IMG/VR virus record: IMGVR_UViG_3300042934_001067 | Coordinates: 92,277-156,276 of that record | From: a virus | Reading direction: 5' to 3' (one strand) | DNA: 64,000 nucleotides | Part shown: positions 7,522 to 14,141 of the stretch, piece by piece | Numbering within the stretch: position 1 is the stretch's first letter | Layout of the letters: each line of letters starts with the position of its first letter | Notes under the pieces: model-generated | What the model saw: only the letters and a program-made list of their open reading frames with translations | What the model was told of the DNA's origin: nothing | Database searches by the model: none | Made by a program: the position numbers and the translations under genes

Positions 7522-8535
7522 TCAGGCGACGGGGAGCGGCCGTCCGCTGCCCGGCGTCGGGTCAGGGACCTCCTCGTGCTCGTCGCCGCCCCGGCCGGGG
7601 TGGCAGATCGGGCACCACGGCTGGTACGCGTTGTGGAAGCGTCCGAGCAGTGTCAACAGAAGGATTGCGGACCAGGTCAACGCATAGAACGCCGTGTCCC
7701 ACAGGCCGTCAACGAAGCTCTGTCCGGTCCACTGCCCGACCATAGCCGCCAGCGGCACCCAGCCGCAGCGGTGGAAGACGCTGAAGCGCCACTTGCGTGC
7801 GGCAGCGTGTTCAGGCGCATCGGTAGGGAACTGGGTGACGCACTGCTCGCACAGGGACAGCGTGTGCTGGTGATCGATGTACAGCAGGGTGAGCAAGGTG
7901 ATGGTGCCAAGTCCTTGCAGGGCGGCCCACACAGCCGTGTCCGGGGTGAGGTGGAGGGCGACGTTGACGATGACGGCGGCGATGATGAGCCAGAAGCCGC
8001 GATGGCGAAGGTTCTGTCCCGGTCCGGCCAGGTAGTTGCGGAAGGGCGTGTAGGGCTGGAGACCGGGCTGGTTGGCGTTGCGGAAGCGCGTAACCGAGAG
8101 GGTCAGCGTGATGAGCAGGGCTGCGCTGAAAAGTGGCAGGCTCGTCTGGAGATCGAAGGAGGTTTCCCTGCTTTCTTCGTCGTAAGGAATGACTCCTGTC
8201 GCCATGAGAATGCCCATCATGACGAGGATCGCCCCGCTGGTGACCAGCGAAAAGGCTCCGCACCAGCGGCTGAAGTGGAGCAAGGCTCGGTAGTGCGGGC
8301 GCTTCAGGCGGTCTTCGGGGTGATGTCGGCAGCTGGGGCAGTGGTCGGCGTGCCTGGTGTGGTAGTAGGCGATGACACCGAGTAGGACGGCGAGAGCGAC
8401 TGCGGCGTACCCGCCGAAGTTGAGGGCGGCGTTGCGGCCACGGATGTCAGTGAGGGCTACTCCGGCGGCGCTGGCGATGGGAAGGGCCTTCAGCGCGTGA
8501 TGCGCAAAGCGTCCGTGTGTGAGGTCGAGGATCAC
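7522..8535 (-). CDS. Multi-pass membrane protein with repeated His/Cys motifs
   Basis: About 7 hydrophobic segments; HCPSC, HTLSLCEQC and HNAYQPWCPICH motifs; start overlaps the XRE stop. Confidence 0.7.
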   Translation of the reverse strand: MILDLTHGRFAHHALKALPIASAAGVALTDIRGRNAALNFGGYAAVALAVLLGVIAYYHTRHADHCPSCRHHPEDRLKRPHYRALLHFSRWCGAFSLVTSGAILVMMGILMATGVIPYDEESRETSFDLQTSLPLFSAALLITLTLSVTRFRNANQPGLQPYTPFRNYLAGPGQNLRHRGFWLIIAAVIVNVALHLTPDTAVWAALQGLGTITLLTLLYIDHQHTLSLCEQCVTQFPTDAPEHAAARKWRFSVFHRCGWVPLAAMVGQWTGQSFVDGLWDTAFYALTWSAILLLTLLGRFHNAYQPWCPICHPGRGGDEHEEVPDPTPGSGRPLPVA

Positions 8536-8810
8536 TGGGTGTCTTCTCCTGGCTTTTCGAACCGGACGACGAGACGGACCCCGAGGGCCTTCGCGATACG
8601 CACGAGCAGGGGCAGGGTGGGGAGTTTGGCGGCGCTCTCCACGACTGAGATGCGGGGTTGCTTGGTGCCGACGCGGTCGGCAAGTTCCCCCTGTGACAGC
8701 CCCTGCTCAGTGCGCAGTTCGTAGACGGCCTGAGCGATGGTGTAGGCCAGCTCTCGCTCGGGGTCTTCGTCGGTGGCGGGTGGTGGTGTGGTCTTTCGCA
8801 GTGCTCTCAT
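8532..8810 (-). CDS. XRE-family HTH regulator
   Basis: LRTEQGLSQGELADRVGTKQPRISVVES...PTLPLLVRIAKALG. Confidence 0.88.
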   Translation of the reverse strand: MRALRKTTPPPATDEDPERELAYTIAQAVYELRTEQGLSQGELADRVGTKQPRISVVESAAKLPTLPLLVRIAKALGVRLVVRFEKPGEDTQ

Positions 8811-8844
8811 AACGACAACGGTATGTTATACCGAAGTCGTTATG
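8808..8844. promoter_or_regulatory. 37-bp imperfect palindrome, probable XRE operator
   Basis: CATAACGAC-aa-CGGTAT-gtt-ATACCG-aa-GTCGTTATG, overlapping the XRE start codon, between divergent genes. Confidence 0.75.
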
Positions 8845-8865
8845 AAGCAAGCCGGAGGAGGAGCT

Positions 8866-9291
8866 ATGCGCACGCGGCCTCGGGGAGGGGTCTACAGGTC
8901 CGCCAAGGGGTGGGAGCGGCATGCGGAGTTGGTGCAGTCACGCCGCTTGTGTGTGAGCGGGAAGATCACGTTCATCGCGAGGTCCGACGCGGAGGAGTTC
9001 GTCGCCTCGGACCGGGGTGAGCACGACGCGCAGCGGATCTACGACTGCTCTCTGTGCGGCTGGATGCACACGACGTCGGGCGGGGGCAGCCAGAGGTACT
9101 TCGACCCCCGGGCGAAGCGAGTGAACAAGAGCCGCTTGTACGCCTCGAAGCAGCTGCCTCGCCTCGGTCAGTGCCGGGTGGTCGCACAGAGCGTGAAGCA
9201 GGGGTGGATCGAGTTCGAGGACGGCAACGGCCGGATTCGACGGTGGTCCACGGTGGGCTGGAGACGGCTGATGCGGCCGTATGAGCCCTAG
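8866..9291 (+). CDS. Hypothetical protein with Zn-ribbon-like motif
   Basis: GGAGGAGGAG RBS; C..GKITF....AE...YDCSLCGWMHTTS. Confidence 0.65.
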   Translation: MRTRPRGGVYRSAKGWERHAELVQSRRLCVSGKITFIARSDAEEFVASDRGEHDAQRIYDCSLCGWMHTTSGGGSQRYFDPRAKRVNKSRLYASKQLPRLGQCRVVAQSVKQGWIEFEDGNGRIRRWSTVGWRRLMRPYEP

Positions 9292-9344
9292 ATGCTTCAA
9301 TGTCCTCGCGCGGGCCGGGGAGGCCTGGCAGAAGGGCGGGGACG

Positions 9345-9695
9345 ATGCGCAGGGCGGGGCTGGCCGTGGTGGCCGCCGTGGTGGTGCTGGTGTCGGGGTG
9401 CGGGGGCTCCGACGACGGCGGCGGGGAGAGCAGCTCGGTGCCGTACGGGGCGCGGACGTGTTCGGACTGGTCCGGTCGGATGGACGACACGGAGCGGTGG
9501 GACGCGGCCGAGGAGCTGCTGGTGAACGCGAAGGGCACGGACGGCGCCGAGGGGGACCGGGCGCCGTCGGCGAGCACGCTGAAGCAGTTCTCGTCCGACC
9601 TGGACACGCTGTGCGGGCGGAGGGCGGGGGACGAGATGCTGGCGCCGCTCGCGGACGAGCTGTACACGCTGAACCGGGCGTACTACAGCATCTGA
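9345..9695 (+). CDS. Putative lipoprotein
   Basis: MRR, hydrophobic stretch, then VSGC lipobox. Confidence 0.75.
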   Translation: MRRAGLAVVAAVVVLVSGCGGSDDGGGESSSVPYGARTCSDWSGRMDDTERWDAAEELLVNAKGTDGAEGDRAPSASTLKQFSSDLDTLCGRRAGDEMLAPLADELYTLNRAYYSI

Positions 9696-9704
9696 GACTG
9701 CAGA

Positions 9705-9741
9705 AGGGCCCCGGTGAGCCGTCACGCTCGGCCGGGGCCCT
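9705..9741. terminator. Bidirectional terminator
   Basis: AGGGCCCCGG...CCGGGGCCCT stem between convergent genes. Confidence 0.65.
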
Positions 9742-9763
9742 GCTGTGTTGAGCCTATCGGGCG

Positions 9764-10723
9764 TCAGGGGGCGACGGGGGCCTTCTTCAGGCGGGAGATG
9801 TAGCTGGGGTCGACGCCGAGGAGGGCGGCGAGGAAGACGTTGGTGACCTTGATGTCGCGGGCGTCGGCTTCCTGCTCGACGAGGGTGACGTAGTCGCGGG
9901 CCTGGTCGGAGGGGCGGCCCTCGGCGGGGGCAGGCGGCAGGGCGGCGAGGAGGTCCATCATCTCGTCCGAGGGGACCTTGTCGCGGGTGGACTGGCGGGT
10001 GAGGACGACGTCGAAGGCGGCCTGCTTCTGGGCGTCCTGCTGCCGGGCGGCGTCCTCGGGCTCGTCGGCCGGGGTGTCGAGGAGGACGCGCTGCCAGGCG
10101 AGGGGGACGTCCTTGCCCTTGTCCTGTCGCTTGGCGGCCTCGTGGCGGATGACGGTCTCCTGGGGGACCTCCCACAGCTTGGTGCGGCGCCAGACCTTGA
10201 AGGTGCTGAGGGGGGCGAGGAGCCACCAGGTCAGGCGGATGGCCGGGAGGGGTGCGGGGCGCAGGCCGTCGGCGATCTGCTGGTCGCGCTTGGCGGCCTT
10301 GGCGTCGCGGAGGCGGCCTCGGAGCATCATTTCGTGGCCGAGGATCCAGACGGCCGGGGGCAGGGCGTGGAAGGCGACCGCCAGGGGGTCGGGCCAGGCG
10401 GCGCGGAGCTGGAGGGCGAAGGTGGCCAGGGAGAAGACGGCGACGATGGTGCGGATGATGCGGGCGGATCGGCCTGCCTTGACCTCGCGGACGGCCTTGC
10501 GGGAGTAGAGGAGGATGGCGAGGTCGGCCAGTGCGGCGACGACGATGGCCTGGTCCTCGGGGAAGCCGACGCGCAGGGCCTGGGTGTAGAGGGTCTGGTA
10601 GCCGACGTAGAAGCCGCCGAGGGCGAGGAGGTAGATGCCACCGTCGGTGAGGGTCTTGTCCCAGTCGGTGGCGGCGATTCTGGCCTTGGTCGTGTCGGTC
10701 CAGGTACGCTTGTCAGCAGTCAT
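9764..10723 (-). CDS. DUF2637-family membrane protein (typical of actinomycete plasmids/AICEs)
   Basis: Four N-terminal TM helices, HALPP, PAIRLTWWLLAPLSTFKVWRRTKLWE, C-terminal HTH-like tail. Confidence 0.75.
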   Translation of the reverse strand: MTADKRTWTDTTKARIAATDWDKTLTDGGIYLLALGGFYVGYQTLYTQALRVGFPEDQAIVVAALADLAILLYSRKAVREVKAGRSARIIRTIVAVFSLATFALQLRAAWPDPLAVAFHALPPAVWILGHEMMLRGRLRDAKAAKRDQQIADGLRPAPLPAIRLTWWLLAPLSTFKVWRRTKLWEVPQETVIRHEAAKRQDKGKDVPLAWQRVLLDTPADEPEDAARQQDAQKQAAFDVVLTRQSTRDKVPSDEMMDLLAALPPAPAEGRPSDQARDYVTLVEQEADARDIKVTNVFLAALLGVDPSYISRLKKAPVAP

Positions 10724-10826
10724 CGAATCTCGGTCTTCCTCGGCGGGATGATTGTGCGGAGATGGCGTTCAGCGTCCCTGGCTGGGATCCGGGCAAGGAG
10801 TTCCAGTCGGGGGCGCTTTTGTGTGC

Positions 10827-11285
10827 TCAGGCGCCCATGACCTCGCTGCAGGCGAGGGCGTGGAGGGCGGGGTACTGCTCCTCGCGCTGCTCCATCAGCT
10901 TGTTGATGGTCCAGGAGGTGGCGTGGAGGGAGGCGAGGATGGCCTGGAGGTTCTCGGGCGAGAGGTACTCGGGGAGTTCCTGGGGGACGACGCCGCCGAT
11001 GCTGCGCTTGCGCTTGCCCCTGGCTGCGACGGTGATGCCGCGCCGGTCCTTGAGGTACATGTAGAGGCTGGAGCGGTAGGTCATCGGCCTGCCCTGGGCG
11101 TGGAGGATGTCTCCGGTGGCCTGCCTTTCGGCGAGGGCGAGTTCGCTGCCGTCCAGGGTGAGTTCCGTGATCTGCTCGCCGAGGGCCTTGAGGGCGTTGT
11201 TGATCTCAGCGAGCTGCCCCAGTGCACCCATGGCGGGAGTGTTCTCCGGGACGGGTGACTGCAGGGCGGCGGTGTTCTCGGACAT
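10827..11285 (-). CDS. Hypothetical protein
   Basis: GAGGAG RBS before ATG (MSENTAALQ). Confidence 0.7.
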   Translation of the reverse strand: MSENTAALQSPVPENTPAMGALGQLAEINNALKALGEQITELTLDGSELALAERQATGDILHAQGRPMTYRSSLYMYLKDRRGITVAARGKRKRSIGGVVPQELPEYLSPENLQAILASLHATSWTINKLMEQREEQYPALHALACSEVMGA

Positions 11286-11358
11286 GAGATCTCCTCGGCG
11301 GCGGTAACGGGAGACCCCCACCCTAATGCACATGGGTATGCATTGCAAGGGATCAGGT

Positions 11359-11381
11359 AGGGCGCGCCAGTGGCGCGCCCT
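11359..11381. terminator. Hairpin/palindrome downstream of the zinc-finger gene
   Basis: AGGGCGCGCCA-G-TGGCGCGCCCT. Confidence 0.5.
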
Positions 11382-11400
11382 GTCCTGGGTCGTGGTGCTG

Positions 11401-12165
11401 TTACTGCTGGTCGGCGGCGCGGCAGAGTGCTTCGATGTTGGCGACGGTCTGGATGGGGGTCTGGTTGCCGTTGGTCGCTTCGGCGGTCACCTTGTCCTTG
11501 AAGGCACGCAGGCGTTCGTTCTCGGTGCGCAGTTCGGCGGTGGCCTGCCTGTCCTTGTGGACGGCCGAAATGAGCTGCGCGAGGGCGAGGCTGGTTGCCG
11601 AGGGGGTGCCGTCGACTGCCATGATCTGCGGGCGGGCGTCCGTCTCGGCGGCCGGGGCGGCGGGCTGGGCCGGGACCGGTGCGGCCGGGGTCTCCTGCTT
11701 CGGGGGCGTCTTCGGGGCGGCCGTCTTCTTGGCCGGGGTGGGCTTCTTGACTGCCCGCTTCTGGATGCTGCGGGTGTGGGTCCCCTCGACTCCGTGCGCC
11801 CTCCGGCGGTGCGAGCCCAGGCCCTGCGGGTGGGGCGTGGTGAAGGGGGGCTCCTTCTTCTCCTTGACGCAGTCCGGGCAGGTCAGAAGGTGCTCGTTGG
11901 CTTCTGCCTTCGCCGTCTCGCTCTTGCTCTCCGGGTCGTACTTCACCTGGGCGAGGAAGCCGTGCTTCGCGATGTTGGTGCGCAGCTGGGGTGCGGTGGG
12001 GTACGGGTTGCGGGGGATGCTGAAGGTCTGGTTCCTCTTGCCGCCCTTCACGCTGATCTTGATGCTGTTGGTGTTGCGGACCACCTCTAGTCCGGCGTCG
12101 GTGGCGGCCTTCATGACGTTCTCGACGTAGGCCGGGGTCTCCCGGGTCTTGGTCTCGGTGGCCAT
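11401..12165 (-). CDS. C2H2 zinc-finger, Lys/Pro/Ala-rich putative DNA-binding protein
   Basis: AGGAG RBS; CPDC...FTTPHPQGLGSHRRRAHG; KKPTPAKKTAAPK; C-terminal coiled coil. Confidence 0.7.
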   Translation of the reverse strand: MATETKTRETPAYVENVMKAATDAGLEVVRNTNSIKISVKGGKRNQTFSIPRNPYPTAPQLRTNIAKHGFLAQVKYDPESKSETAKAEANEHLLTCPDCVKEKKEPPFTTPHPQGLGSHRRRAHGVEGTHTRSIQKRAVKKPTPAKKTAAPKTPPKQETPAAPVPAQPAAPAAETDARPQIMAVDGTPSATSLALAQLISAVHKDRQATAELRTENERLRAFKDKVTAEATNGNQTPIQTVANIEALCRAADQQ

Positions 12166-12197
12166 CTGGTGTTCTCCTGACTGCTGGTGCGTGGCGG

Positions 12198-14141
12198 TTA
12201 CAGCGTGGCGGGTGTGCTGGGGCGGCCGAAGAGTCTGGCCGGGTGGCGGGTGCCGCCGATGAAGGTGACGACTTCCTCGGCGTCCCAGTGGTGCTCGTCC
12301 AGGCGCGGCATGAAGCGGTGGTGCTGGCCGACGTAGGCGAGGGTGAGGTGCGGAGTCCAGCCGTGTTCGGAGGGCAGGCGGTAGCCGTGGCCTTCGAGGT
12401 AGGCGGCGAGGCTGGAGTGCATCTGGGCGCCGCTGGGGATGTCGGCCGCCGCCCACAGGACGTGCTCGCCCTTGAAGGCGTTGTTGAAGGTGCCGATGCC
12501 GCCGATGCGGACGTGGACGGGCTTGTGGCGGGCGGCCCAGGCGCCGACGACCTGCGGGAGCAGCTGGAGCTGCTCGCGGGTGTAGTCGGTGGTGTTGCCG
12601 AGGTAGGCGAGGGTGACGTGGAGCTGGTCGGCGGGCTGGCCGTCCTCGCGGGCCAGCTGTTCAGCGACCTCGCGCGGCGGCACGAGCGCCACCATCACGC
12701 CCTCGTCGTGGAGGACGGCTGCCGCCTGCCGCTGCAGGAACTGCTGCTCGGCCGCCGTGGCCTGGACAGCGGCGGTGTGGTGGGTCGGCTCGGTCCACCC
12801 GTCGTCCGGCCCGTGGACGGCGGGGTGCTCGATGTGGGGTCCGTTGTAGCCCCACTCGTTGATGTCGTTGCCGTCGGTGTGGACGTGCTTGGCTGGGACG
12901 GTGGCCTTCAGTACGGGCCAGTCCTTGGAGGGGTCGTCCGAGTGCATGCCGTGTTCTAGGGCGTACTGGGAGGAGGTGGAGACCCAGTCGCCGGTGCGGA
13001 TGCTGGTGGTGCCGTGGGGGACGGACCGGTAGATCGTGACCGGCGCCTCGGGATTGCCCTTGGCGCGGTGGACGGCCTTCAGCGACTCCTCGTGCGGCTC
13101 TCCGATCTCGCCCCAGTCGGGGTTGTCCAGCCCTTCCTGGTTGAACGCTCCGCCGTCGCCGTTGGGGCGGGTGGGGTCGTGCAGTGGAGCGTGTTCGGGT
13201 CCAGGCGCGCGGTGCTGCATCCGGTAGTCGTCGTCCATGGACGCAGTCTCCTGCAGGCCAGTCTCGCGGAAGTAGTCTGTCAGGCTGGAGAGTCGGTTGA
13301 TGGCCTTGTCGTAGTCGTGGAGGCCGACGTAGCCGATGTGGAGGGTGCCGTCGTCCAGGTCGCGGTGGATGACGCGATGGCCGCGCGAGGCCTTGGTGGA
13401 GTTCCAGCCCTTGAGCTTCAGGGTCAAGGCGTGAGTCTGCAGCCCCTCGTCGCCACGTTGCAGGGCATTGATGGTGCTGGCCACGCGCTTGCGGCTGTCG
13501 CCGTCGAGCTTGAGCAGCTCCTTCTTCGCGGACGGGTGGAAGGAGACCTGGCGCGGGCCTACAGGCCCAGCTCCTCCTTGATCGGCTCCCACGGCAGGTG
13601 CTGCTCCTGCGGGGTCTTCGCCCGCTCCTGCAGCTCCGTCTCCAGCTCCGGGCTGACGGCGTGGCCGTCCTCGTCCTGCGGTTCGGGTGCTGTCGGCTCC
13701 ATTTCGCTCCTTCCGGAAGTGCGCCGTGGCGGTGTGCGAGGGCTTCCAGCCCTCGTGGTCGTCCAGGCCCTGTTCGTCGCTCAGGTAGTCGGGCGACCAC
13801 CGAACTGGCACGTGTGAGAGGCCAGCCTTGGCGGCGGCCCAGTAGCGGTGCGTGCCGTCGTTGATGTAGGGGGTCCCGTCCTGCTTCCTCCACAGGTGGA
13901 TGGGGTGCTCGATGCCGCGCTGGCGGACGTCGTGCACGAGCGCGTGCAGGTGCTCGGGCTCGTAGCGGTCGTTCGCCATGTCGTCCGCGCTCCACTGCGC
14001 GACGTGCCCCATGGTGATCGGATTGCCGTGCTGGTCGCTGCCGTACTCGGAGTGCATGCGCGCTATGTCGTCCACGTGCATCATCTCGTCCGGCTGATGG
14101 GCTGCCGTACGGAAGAACGCGGTGGCGCTGTGCTCGGTCAT
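12198..14141 (-). CDS. Polyvalent protein: ParB/Srx-like + RelE/ParE-like + ART-like + 2H phosphoesterase
   Basis: GIEHPI...INDGTHRYWAA; VSFHPSAKKELLKL...HRVIHR; TIYRSVP...GDWVSTS...EWGY; LHVTLAY and PHLTLAY (two HxT motifs). Confidence 0.75.
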   Translation of the reverse strand: MTEHSATAFFRTAAHQPDEMMHVDDIARMHSEYGSDQHGNPITMGHVAQWSADDMANDRYEPEHLHALVHDVRQRGIEHPIHLWRKQDGTPYINDGTHRYWAAAKAGLSHVPVRWSPDYLSDEQGLDDHEGWKPSHTATAHFRKERNGADSTRTAGRGRPRRQPGAGDGAAGAGEDPAGAAPAVGADQGGAGPVGPRQVSFHPSAKKELLKLDGDSRKRVASTINALQRGDEGLQTHALTLKLKGWNSTKASRGHRVIHRDLDDGTLHIGYVGLHDYDKAINRLSSLTDYFRETGLQETASMDDDYRMQHRAPGPEHAPLHDPTRPNGDGGAFNQEGLDNPDWGEIGEPHEESLKAVHRAKGNPEAPVTIYRSVPHGTTSIRTGDWVSTSSQYALEHGMHSDDPSKDWPVLKATVPAKHVHTDGNDINEWGYNGPHIEHPAVHGPDDGWTEPTHHTAAVQATAAEQQFLQRQAAAVLHDEGVMVALVPPREVAEQLAREDGQPADQLHVTLAYLGNTTDYTREQLQLLPQVVGAWAARHKPVHVRIGGIGTFNNAFKGEHVLWAAADIPSGAQMHSSLAAYLEGHGYRLPSEHGWTPHLTLAYVGQHHRFMPRLDEHHWDAEEVVTFIGGTRHPARLFGRPSTPATL

